A stretch of DNA of 63,644 bases, filler included, from Choristocarpus tenellus KU-1152 (lineage: Eukaryota; Protista; Phaeophyceae), in NCBI GenBank assembly GCA_964200185.2. It is 12 parts of 12 records of this genome, joined end to end, with 100 filler letters (N's around TTAATTAATTAA, not from the genome) between each part and the next. Parts side by side here need not be neighbours in the genome. Positions count along the whole stretch, not along the records: positions 48,131 to 54,422 come from CAXNAD020008470.1; positions 54,523 to 57,788 come from CAXNAD020021168.1; positions 57,889 to 60,410 come from CAXNAD020027101.1; positions 60,511 to 63,644 come from CAXNAD020022079.1; 8 more parts are not named here. The stretch is one strand, 5' to 3'. The translations under genes were made by a program, and so were the position numbers. The notes below the pieces were generated by a model, which was not told the origin of the DNA, made no database searches, and worked only from the letters and a program-made list of their open reading frames with translations. Of the stretch, positions 50,909 to 63,644 are shown in pieces; positions within the stretch are counted from its first letter, which is position 1, and the number at the start of each line of letters is the position of its first letter.

Positions 50909-53900
50909 GCTGTAGATACTACTGTAAGGTGTGTTAATGGTGGTTCTAAGTATGAGAACTACCACAGGTATTAGAGGAGAACATGCACATCACAAGAAAG
51001 TACAATGGGAGCGAAGAATTTCAACCTTTGTTTCGAGTTTTTTTTTGTGATGCAAAAATACGGGACAATCTTATGGCGTTCTAGAGGGCTTTCTTTGCTT
51101 GTGAAGACCCCCAGAAGCCTAATGATATTCCCTAGATTTAAATTCAAACATTACAATTCTGCTCCTCTGGTGCATCTCTACTTGCACATGCTATCTACTA
51201 CATGTCCACAACAGAAAAGATGAGGTGCAAATTGATACCTTCTACCAAAAATGCCATTCTTAATTCTATGATATAACTGGAATGTAGAGTCAACCACGTA
51301 TTTTGGACAAAAATCATTACTTCTTGAATCCAGTCTGCAAGGAGAAATTATTTGAGCGCATAAAGAAGAGGAAGGGGGCGGGTAGGTGTGAAGAACCTAC
51401 CTGCATCCTTTTTCCATTTTTCTTTTTAACAACCAGCCCATCCCCTTCAATCAATGTCTCATTCAGATATCTTTCGAGGAGTTCTGTTGAATACGTCCTG
51501 CGAACATGGGGGCATCCATTGTGGGAATATTGTCAGGGGTTGTGTGTAATATACAACATATAGTCTTCACAGAGCGGAGCTGGGTGTTTTGGAACATGCT
51601 CGCCTACTTGCTAGGTGGTCCAAAAGACAAATAACATAATGAAACTGCATACCTGGCAAGGGGAGACTCTCTTCCAACATGTAGTTCAATGACTGCAGAG
51701 GGGATACTATGCCCTTATGGATTCATTTTCAAAGTCTATTGCAATGTTTAAAGGCTCATATCTGATTCTCACCTAGGAGTACAAAGTGGTACAGGAGTAA
51801 TGGGTGGTGTAAGATCATTTGAACCTGGTTCGGTCTCCAAGAAAAGATCCCCTTCTTTCCGCTTGGCCCTCTTATCCTCCCTTGGGACTGCTGGTGGGGT
51901 TTGTGCCTGTCCATATAATTCCCATCACATTGAATTGTTAGGTAGAAAGGTAGAAAGGAAGGGAGGCCTTTGTTTACATGACAGACCTAACAACATTGCT
52001 AATTGACTCTGGTTCTCCTGTGTCATATTTGGTTGTGATGGAGACTAATATTGACTTCTGTGTATTTTTATCTGGAGAAAATCAAGAGAATAAGTGTGAT
52101 GTTCCATTCTGTTCACAGGGTTAATTGGCTTAGGATAGTCCTAACATGCTACATGTATCTTGCTTAAGGTTGGGTTCACAAGTGAGAGGCACAAGTCTGT
52201 TGTCTAGAACTTGGGGCAGTAGTACTCTTGCTCATGTCACTGGAAGGAAGGAACTAGGAAGAAAGAGCTTGGAAAGCATTGCTTCATATTCATTGGGGTG
52301 ACCCCTACAGTGAAGATGGTTGCCTTTACCCTTTCTATTCACTGCCTTCCTCGAGCAAATACTACAGCCGTGCAACTGCAAAAAAGTGATGGACACTCAA
52401 CGAAGAGATCGGATTGTCGAGTCAGCTTGCCTTACCTCTTCTTTCACCTCGTCACGTCTGACTGTCCCTAGAATGTCTTCATGGTGGTATCTACCGCGTC
52501 CTGGCCTCGTGTTTCCAGGGGTGCGATACACTTTCTTCTTTGAATCGACCCTCACTTCTTGGTATTCAGAATCGGATAGAAGCTGCGCATGGAAGTCGTT
52601 CAGTTATTGAATTGACAATGTTTACTCGTGAAAGCGAAGGGGAGGGATACCTTGTCCGCATCGTACCTCAGCAGTCATAACCGTGCGTAGCTCTTCCCCT
52701 TCCGTCAGGTAAACACTTTACCACTTTACTTCACCTTGTCATTTCTCCGTGTCTGGCGTGGATGCACAATATATTCTCCCAGCCAACGATTCTTCTCTGT
52801 TGAAGGTGCAGAGAGGGCAGTTATGGGTGTAGAACACCTGTCCAACTCCAACATATCCTTCCCACGAAAGTGATCAACGGAATACTCCTCATCTACTGTT
52901 GCGATCCTGCTGCCGTCATCATCTGAGTCACAAACTGCAACCAGGTTGCAGCAGGTCACCTTCCCAACCCAGCGAGACACATCTATGCGAACAACGAAAT
53001 ACGAGATTAGGAAATCAGACAGATGATGAGAAAGGAGGCAATTGAGTCGATCAGACTTGAATGATAAACTGTTCAAATATCTTAATGCCCACACATCACG
53101 AACGGTACTGGGTTGTAAAGTACCTGAGTAAGAAAACTGCGCGAATGGTCCTATACAGCTCGAAATTTATCTATCGAACACATTTATCCTCACCACATGA
53201 CATGGCGACGGCCTGGAGTGAAAGGCATCCACTTGCACTACCACCTATCACCCCACAAATTTGTGTATTAACACGCGCAACATATCCCTTAACATGTAAT
53301 GGCGTTTCATGTCCAAAGAGTATAATAATACTGACCAATCATCATAATATCTTGTTGTGGACGAAACACCCTTGAAATCCCACAACACATTGTTTCCATT
53401 TTTTTAATACACAATTTGCACATTCCATTATTATGGTCATTGTCGAAAGTTTTTCCTTGGTTTTTCCTATGACACATTTGGAAAATGTCATATGATAATA
53501 TGATATCATTGTTATAGTAATGTTCTAAGGTATACCTTTAAGATGATCTTCCTGAGAAGATGTACTCCTTTCTTCAGTAGTAGTGTAAAAAACCTGTGCA
53601 CAAGTATGGGAAAGTGTAGAATGTGGTATTTGATGGAAGTATGAGTTTTGAGGGTGGGAGAAATTCGGAAGTGTAAGTGATGATCGGAAAATTCCTTCCA
53701 ATTGTTGGTCGTGGAGAGTGGTGAAGAAGAAATGAAAAAGAGGAATGAAGGATGGGGAGAAAAATTTATTTAGAGTAGATTGAAGAAGGAAAGATACAGA
53801 AAACGAAAAGCAGTAGTTGGAAGAGAGATTTGGTGACTATTTCGTGTAAGGTTCTGAAGTAGGTGATTGTAAATTATTGGGAAGAAATACGAGGAGGTAC

Positions 53901-54350
53901 AGGAAAGGGACGCAAAGCTGAAATTACTTTGAGGAATAGTCCTTTCCCACCCACCCACCTTCTCTCGATTCCTCACGGGATGGTGGGGGGAGAGGGGAGG
54001 TCAAGCTTGTGAATGCTAGATGTCTTCCAGTTCAAAGGGTCATTATGGTGGTGGGAGGTGGACGAAGGTGGAGTGGATGAAATACAGAATGGATATGGGG
54101 ATGGTTACATTGTCTTTAGTGGATATGCAAATAAATATATGGTTGCATGGTTAGTTTTGTGTGTATGCGGTTATGGTATAATTGCATGGTTTTGTATGGA
54201 TATATCACAGAATCTTTTGAATTTAGATTAATAAATAAAAGCCAGAGTAATAGTTCGCACTTTTATTTGTCTCTGTTCTGTACGAGGGAAAAACATTGGA
54301 ACTATAAAATGCATGGTGTAGTCTTTGTTGCTTGTGAGGAGCTTGTTGAA

Positions 54351-54543
54351 GGGTCAAAGTATCTGGGGGGGGAGGGGAGGTCAAGCTTGTGAATGCTAGA
54401 TGTCTTCCAGTTCAAAGGGTCANNNNNNNNNNNNNNNNNNNNNNNNNNNNNNNNNNNNNNNNNNNNTTAATTAATTAANNNNNNNNNNNNNNNNNNNNNN
54501 NNNNNNNNNNNNNNNNNNNNNNCCCCCCAAGATACTTTGACCC
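54351..54543. mobile_element. MITE B/C TIR ends near two contig edges (54351-54371; 54523-54543)
   Basis: GGGTCAAAGTATCTGGGGG and CCCCAAGATACTTTGACCC; not contiguous, a linker lies between. Confidence 0.6.
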
Positions 54544-57500
54544 CAGTGGGACATTACTGAAGAGGTCAGCAGCACATTTGTTGCGATGTGCTTTATTGTA
54601 GGTTGGCCTTAGTAATAGGAGTACTCTTGAAGTTCAGTTTCAACTCAGGATTTGAGCATTGTTTTGATTGTGAACTCCACAGTCCTCTAAAGGACTGTGT
54701 AGGAACCCCTGGGGAGAAGGCAGTGGCTACAGGAAACACCTTGCGGGGATCTTCCTTGAATGGAGACACAACCACATATGCAACTCTCCTGTCAGCTTCT
54801 ATGATACACTCACAAGCACTACTACCCCTACTAATCTCTAACCCATCCCCCACTTCCCTCGACATGACCAATCCTTATTGCATGGTCACAGGTGAGAGAC
54901 ATTGCTGAAAGGTATCAGGACTGTGCTGGCCTAGAGCTTGTGTACCCCAAGTCCTGCTGGAACAAGAACAGGGTGGCAGCTGCTGAAGGGGCTGAGTCTG
55001 AAGGGTCTGAGGAACAGCAGCGCCTCTTCGTAGATGTAAAGGCAGGAATACAGTGAGATGAAAAGATGGTGCACTAGCGAGCAGCACAACTTAATTCAAG
55101 GAGATTTTGAAGAAGGGACAGAGGAGATTGGATATAGGAAATATATAGGGGGATGGGGGCATGCTCTTTGAGGGTGGGGGTGACATCACGCAATTGTTTT
55201 CAATCAATGCAGGATATGTTGGAGTGTTAGGGATCGCTGTGAATAATCACCGGTCTATTCCTAGAAGCAGGATAGGATAGGTGGGTTGTAATAATATATT
55301 AACTATGTGTGGCAGGATAATGTTGCCAGTGAGTAGTATACTTTTTTATCGGTGAGGTGAGATTGATCTGGAGGGTTTGAAGTGAAGCGTCACACTGACC
55401 GAAGGTTAACCACCACAATTTTCACTCTCTTCTTTCGATTTCGTAGTATTCGTAGAGTCATTGTAAGCCCAAACCCCTCCATCCCTCACCTTTTCATGTC
55501 TTGCATGACAAATGTGCTTGCTTTCTATGACGCACTCAAGGGTATTTTCAACATGGTGGGTCCTAAAAAACCCAGCGTCATGCATGGCATGGATGGTATG
55601 GTGCCACTGGTGGGCAAAGCAGGAAGTGATGACTCTTTAATCCTCCCTTCCAAGTCCATCAAGATCCTTCGCCAACCATAACCAACCGTGCAAGCATTCG
55701 ATCTGGATTATGAAATAAATTATATAGATTGATCTTGGTGCAATTCTTAATACCTAACATGCTCATGACAAGCCATGCCAATGCTCATCCATTCCTTGTC
55801 GACTTGATTCAATTAAAAGAGTCGTGTTGAATGATTTTGCTGTGCTTTTTTTGATACGGCATGCTCTTCTTGAAGGATACTTCATTTATGTGGAGTCCAA
55901 GCAAGACGTTATTACTCTCCATGGTTTATTTTGGGAGAACCTGCAGTAAGTGATTGCGTGCATGGTCCTTGATTTACTCAGAAAATAAGAAATATATGGT
56001 CACATCTGTTATGGTGGTGAAGACGGGTTAACATCATGGTTGGACATCCTTTCAGCCTTTATAATTGTCATGTGTAAGACCATGTCGTGCTTCCAAGTAC
56101 CGACAACGCAAACAATGATTGTATGTACCATTTTATTTTCTTCGAAGGTAATTTCTTCTCGTTTCCCCCTATCTAAGATTTAATTTAAGATTGAAGTTTT
56201 TTTGTTCTGTCAATGATTGTGTTCGAATCTTCAATTGGTACAATTCAACGATATCCCATTTTGTTTAGAAATAAAAAACTTTTGGAAATTTTTTATATTT
56301 CCAGGTTTTAGAGCGAGTGCCTACCGCTCGCGGAACTCGGGCAATGTATGTGAAAAGGTAGTTAAGAGAAGGAAATACACACATTTTAGGAAAAGATCGA
56401 AAAAATGGAAGAATAGGACCCTTCAGACATAAAACGTCACCGAAAACGAAAGGGGAAGGAAAGCAAATAAACAAGGCAAGACAATTCACACTAAAAACAA
56501 AACAATATCCAGCAGACAGTGATGGTGGCGGTGTTGGCGACATCGGGAACCTTAGTTCTTGCTTCGGTGATACAGACATGATTTTCATCACACTTTCCCT
56601 TGGAAACCCGTTCATCAGTCGTAAATATAGTTGACGTATCGGCCACACACTCATCGTACCAATCCCCCAATTGGTTAGTGACACTGCTGGTGCTCCAATC
56701 CTCAACTCAAATCCCGAACTCGTCAAGGTGGTCTTCAGGAATGTCTAATATTTCTATTCCTATCCACCTTGCCTTCGTCTTCCCACCAGAACCAACCTCC
56801 CCAAATACCAAACCTTTTTTTACCTTGGGGAAAGGCTCATCCCTCATGCGAATAGGAGCCTTTCGTTGTGCAAAGTCGCCTCAATACTCCCACATCCAGT
56901 CTTACGTATGTACATTTACCGTTTGCATTGTAACCGCTTACTTCAAATGATATTTAAACACTGACTACGGAACTATCTGTTGGGTAAATGTAGGGAAAAA
57001 ATCAGGCATGCTGTTACTACAACACTATTTTAGAAGGGGATTCGAGTAGCTTGCAACTTCAAAAACAGAGAAATCAATACTCTGAAGTCCTTAGTATTTT
57101 ATTATCAATACAAACAAGTGAATTACACAATATGATAAAAGTGGATTAAAAAAACAGCAAAAAATCACATTTTTTTCTGTTTGTTTTGGTCTCATCAAGT
57201 ATCAGATCTGGATCATGACTTCTTCTCACTCTCTACTCCGGCAATTAAATCTTAATATTACACACATTACTGATAAAAACAGACAGGTTTTGAAGACTTG
57301 AGAAACAAGGGGAATGGTCGGTAATGCTGATATTGAAGGCAGTAAAATACCCAAACAATGAAATATCAGTTCCACTCTCCACAACTAACCCTTTTCCTCA
57401 CTTCTCTACCACTTCATATAAATCATCCAACCACAAAGACCGTTCTACTGGAAGTTCATGCTCACCACTCGTACACAAAGGTACCCTATAGTGCTCTCAA

Positions 57501-58495
57501 TTTTGAGTCAGCAAAAAAACTGCCCAACCCTAACCCTAAGTATGTAACTCTTTCACCACTAAAAAAATAACTGTACAACACTTCGATGGGAATTCAACAT
57601 TCAAGAAAGGGAAATATCACAGCAATGAAGAACTTAAACATAACTACTCTGCCCTCCAGACACACACGACAAAACCGCTCATTAGCGTGATCGCATCTCA
57701 ATCAAATGATACTTACAACACTCACTCCTCCTAACCAAGCACATCCTCTTCTACAAATGCACACTTTTGCCTCTGTTGCAGAGGGACTNNNNNNNNNNNN
57801 NNNNNNNNNNNNNNNNNNNNNNNNNNNNNNNNTTAATTAATTAANNNNNNNNNNNNNNNNNNNNNNNNNNNNNNNNNNNNNNNNNNNNTTTTTTTATCCG
57901 GCGCCCCCCAATGCTTCCCCCCTCCCCCCCCCCCCCCCCCTTCCCCCCCCCTTCAAAAATTCGCCCACCCCCCCCCCCCCCCCCCCCCCCCCTCCTCCCT
58001 CTCCCACAAATACCTTGCTAATTTTTAATGTATACGATGAGATATGCTTGACTAGGTTGTATCCACTTCTAATGTTGTTGACCGGTTCATTTGTGTATGA
58101 AGAGGTCTCCTATCATACCACGACCCCCCTTAATCTGCCTCCAAGAAAGTTCCGTAATACAACCCCTCTAACAATTGTGTTTTTAGGTCTCATCTCATCT
58201 CGCTTTTGCCTATACACAGTGGTACAATAGTTAAGAGACCAGCACCCGTGGACGGTTGACGCCTTCAATATTCACAAGAAACCCTCTCAATGTTTTAACC
58301 TACTTTTGTCCCCATGACATAGACGCTGAACCTGCTATGTGTAACCGACATAGCCATCTGTGTCCCTGTTGGTTGATGCTTGTTTGCTTTGTGCTCTGTA
58401 TCTTACTTACGCTTCAACCTGCTCGGTTTTTGTGTGTGTTACCTGTGTGTTATGTGTGTGTGTTTATTTTTTCTCGTTGGGGGTTGATGTTATAG

Positions 58496-60085
<1,590 letters not shown>

Positions 60086-60217
60086 GTGGGATGGCATTTT
60101 GGGGGGGAGAGTTTTCTTTCTTTCTTTGTTGGAGTATTTTGTTAGTTAATTTTATATTTTTAAGGTTTTTTTTTATCTACTGTCGTTTTTTTTCTTTCTT
60201 TTTTCTATTGACGGTGT

Positions 60218-60410
60218 AGGGTACAATTAGGGTTAGGGTTAGGGTACAATTAGGTAGGTATAGGGTATAATTAGGTAGGTATAGGGTACAATTAGGTAGG
60301 TACAGGGTACAATTAGGTAGGTACAGGGTACAGTTAGGTAGGTATAGGGTACAATTAGGTAGGTACAGGGTACAATTAGGTAGGTACAGGGTACAATTAG
60401 GTAGGTATAG
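60218..60410 (+). repeat. 21-bp minisatellite (AGGGTACAATTAGGTAGGTAY)x~8 with embedded TTAGGG units
   Basis: Direct reading; runs into the contig end. Confidence 0.92.
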
Positions 60411-60791
60411 NNNNNNNNNNNNNNNNNNNNNNNNNNNNNNNNNNNNNNNNNNNNTTAATTAATTAANNNNNNNNNNNNNNNNNNNNNNNNNNNNNNNNNN
60501 NNNNNNNNNNGCGAGTGCGGGGGAGGCGACGGCGGTGGGGGTCCAACGGTCGTCGTTGGCAACGCGAAACCCCTGCCTCGGTACGCCCCCGTAGCCAGGT
60601 TGGCGAAGTGGTTGAGGAAGAAGGACTTCCCTGTGCGGTAGGGTCCAGCGATCGCGACGACAGCGATCTGTTGAGCAACGGGTAGCGTGAAAGTGTCAGT
60701 TGAGGCGGAGGATAACGCGGTATCGGGGAGAGCGAAAGGTGTTTGGTGGGGTTAGATTGGGTTAGGTACGTTGTTGGATTGGGGACCCCCC

Positions 60792-61065
60792 GGACGGAGC
60801 ATTTGCAGAGGGTAGGAGTTCTTGCCCTGTTTTGACCGTTTTCGAGGCGCTTTGGCTTCCCAAGTTTTTTTTTTATGATTTTTTTTTTTTTCATTTTTCG
60901 GTGTGAAGAGACAGCTTTACCTAAATCGTGTACAGCTATGAAAGGTGCGTCCGGAGCGAGGATATTGAAACTTGCAAACACGATAGCCAAAGTTACGTCA
61001 AAATTGCAACTTTGGATTTTGGACCCCAAACAGACGTGGCCCTACCCTCTTAAATGCTTTGATAT
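60792..61065 (+). mobile_element. MITE subfamily A2, diverged, internal hairpin deleted
   Basis: GAGCATTTGCAGAGGGTAGG ... CCTACCCTCTTAAATGCTTT; colinear with the reverse complement of 5508-5793. Confidence 0.82.
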
Positions 61066-61629
61066 TGAGACGGTTGAATGAAATCATTAGTTTTCCCACG
61101 GCTTGGTCGCTCTTTGACTCATTGTGGGATGGATATCATGCTGCGAGGAAAATTCGAGATGCTCTTCTTCCTCCTTAGGATGAGGCCTGAGCTGTGAGTG
61201 TGGTGGTGTTCTGGGGCAAGCGATGAACAGATCCCAAGGACAAAAAACGATTAAAGGCAGCAGGAATGAAATTGTGTTGGGAGAGAGGAGAGCACTGCTC
61301 TCATTGGCAAATGCTCCAACAAATTGTGAAGTTCATTACATGTTGTGTATGCTCTTCTCTTGGACCACTTGCCAACTTCTTTGAGTAGAGCTGTTCTTTG
61401 CTTTGTCATGCTACAGGACTACCCTCGCTGCACTGATCCTCCAGGACCTTGGTTGTGGAAGTTGTTCAGCATATTATTTTTTTCGCGGCAGCAGTATAGA
61501 TACAGTGTCTCTTCTCTAGGATGAACTCATATACCTCGTGTTCCATCATTTTTTCTCTTCTACCTCAATTTGTATTTTACATTAATACTTCAAGGAGACC
61601 CTTGCTCCGGGGAGCTTCAGCTAAGTTGG

Positions 61630-61856
61630 GACCCAAAGTATCTGGGGAGGGAGGGGTCTACACCAGAGTGTCCATTTGGATCAAAACCAGGAAAAGTGCA
61701 CTTTCATTATCCATCCAACACGTATGGAACCATATCACCCAAAAATCGCGACATGAAGAAATTAGCCCCAAATGGACAGCCACCACCCCCCCCCCAGATA
61801 CTTTGAGTCAGCGTCAAAAACGGACACCGGCACCCCCCCCCCAGATACTTTGACCC
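61630..61856 (+). mobile_element. Composite MITE: full family B (61630-61809) + family C right end (61810-61856)
   Basis: One left TIR, two right TIRs; outer flanks TTGG/TCGG. Confidence 0.85.
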
Positions 61857-63603
61857 TCGGTACACGCGCAGAGACTGATGCGGCCAACAGTTAGGTGGGT
61901 ATACTGATCATTATTTCCATTTTGCCACATGGACTACTCCTATTCAGAGTACTTTAAAGTTTGAAGGGTGAAACATCTGGGACCAATACTACAACATCAA
62001 TGCAATCTTATTAGAGGTGATGTCCACTCATGGGTGACTTTTGAAGCTTCATTCGACAGCGTACATCCATCCATGGTGCGTCATGTGGACTATGGGGTGA
62101 TTGTAGAACAAGAGAAAATACGGATTATAGAAACATGATAAACTGGATTCTTGCCAGTTGGTGTGGTGATTTGTTGAAGTATGGTTCTTCAGTTGGTTGT
62201 ATACCACAAAGCTTAACAAGCGATATGGTGCCATGCATGGAGGGATATTGATATGCAACGTAGTGCTCTCACGGCAGCTCTTTCTAAGGGGCACTCCCAA
62301 TAATCAGTCATACTACGTGGCACTATTTGTACAGTTAGTTGGGCTACACGCCCTGTGGTTGCAATGTAAGCATGCTATTGAAAGGACCATTTCTAGCTTA
62401 TCACAAATCTCGATAGGTGACGCCTTCATGTCATACATGGAGGAACAAACGCATTTTCGTCCACAGTTTGAGGACAGGCATTGACGACGCCCAGTCTGTG
62501 AATATTTCTTGCGGTCCACACCTTCGCGTTTATGTGCGAGAGAGTGGATAGGGTGTCCTCAATCAAACGTAGTTCGATGTCAGTACTGGCAGCACCAGGC
62601 TTTGAGCGCCAAGCCATAAGAGTGAAACTTTGCGGTTGTTGCTGGCAGTGTGACTCACGATAGGATGCTGTTTCCAGGTGGATAGGCTGGAGGAAAAGTG
62701 GTGAGGGCAACGAAGGGCTCATCATGTTAGTTTTGGTTTTGGGGGGAAGTGGGATGGGATGGGAGCGATATGGGGCTCAAGAAGGGACTTGGATGTGTCA
62801 AAGTCTTGATGGGTAGGACGAAAGGGTATTATTTGATGCTTTCTGCCAGGAGTCAAGGCCTTGGTTTAAATACCTGACCGTACGGAAAATAATCCTTGTT
62901 TGGAATAGCAGTGGTAGAAAAAGTAGTTTTGCCTACTTTCGCGCAACACTCCGGATCTAAACTATCAGGCATACCTCAGAGGACAAATAAAATAGAGATA
63001 ATGCCATCATATCAACCAGTGCCAGCCATTCCTATCGTGTATCTCTCTTTCATTGATGTACTCCGAAATGATATTGAAAACCTCTTCAACACACCTCTAT
63101 GAGGTCCTTGCTCGTCCCTGGCATTGTCAATAAGAGGGCAATTGCAGCCATGGCCTGGAGAGCCGAAACAGCGAACGACCGCATGATATCTACTTCGCAA
63201 TAATAGCATTTACTGCATAGTGTGATGTTGAATGGAGACGAAGACCTTTCTTAATTCGATCGCTCTAATTGTGTACTATCATCGTGATTTTGGGTCCATC
63301 GTCGAGAGGCTGATATTGTAGGTTTCACCTCGCGCGACACGCCCTGAGAACGCGCGCAAAGAAAAGTCAGGAAGGAACGAGGGGTTAAATGCAGTCACAA
63401 CAAAAGTCAAAGCGTCATCACGCACGACATACCATGCATTTGCCTTCCTTTTGCTTAGGCTCCAATCCTACTCTGGAAAATCCGTAGTAGGGTCGACAGT
63501 TACTCTATGTGTATTCTTTGAACAGAGTAACAAATTATACATATATGTTGTGTATGTACCTCCACTAAATTGGTCACGCAACCATTTTTGTTCCATACAA
63601 AAT

Positions 63604-63644
63604 GACCCAAAGTATCTGGGAGGGGGGGGAGGGTCTCCACCAGG
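63604..63644 (+). mobile_element. MITE family B left end (window end)
   Basis: GACCCAAAGTATCTGGGAGGGGGGGAGGGTCTCCACCAGG. Confidence 0.8.

Noticed and set aside
52320-53215. Exon-like minus-strand segments
   Set aside because: Could not be assembled in frame; no domain recognised
54372-54422. Exact 51-bp copy of 53992-54042 fused to a MITE TIR
   Set aside because: Lies at the contig end, joined through a G-run, and ends in the shared AAGGGTCA: likely an assembly loop artefact
55380-56950. Coding-like decayed sequence (possible exonuclease or TE remnant)
   Set aside because: Interrupted by stops; similarity too weak to name
62049-63209. Minus-strand ORFs near the window end
   Set aside because: No identifiable family or coherent gene model

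Overview
Eukaryotic nuclear DNA, intron- and transposon-rich. A stramenopile or brown-algal-type genome is an inference from gene structure, TTAGGG motifs and TE types; it is not proven. The window is 12 short contigs joined by 11 artificial 100-nt linkers (N44-TTAATTAATTAA-N44), so adjacency across a linker means nothing. Host genes read by hand: a complete 5-exon Sec20/BNIP1 SNARE (+) head-to-head with the 5' exons of a voltage-gated Ca2+/Na+ channel (-); a multi-exon RsuA/RluB-family pseudouridine synthase (-); a protein with a C-terminal SAM domain (-); a decayed MPP-beta (M16) fragment (-); and two IMPDH exons (+) in which the catalytic Cys is replaced by Ser. Mobile DNA: two Ty1/Copia families; a cluster of four ~375-485 bp LTRs with half-tRNA-Met PBS, a variable 28-bp minisatellite and tRNA-type Pol III A/B boxes; a Tc1/mariner transposase remnant; and about 18 copies or ends of MITE families sharing one TIR core (GRNNNAAAG(T/C)AT(C/T)T) with mixed 3- and 4-bp TSDs. 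Best novelty candidates: the tRNA-promoter-bearing tandem LTRs (Cassandra-like but tRNA-based), the multi-family MITE system (composite elements and a MITE-edged inversion), and the IMPDH pseudoenzyme. No CRISPR array or prokaryotic system is present.
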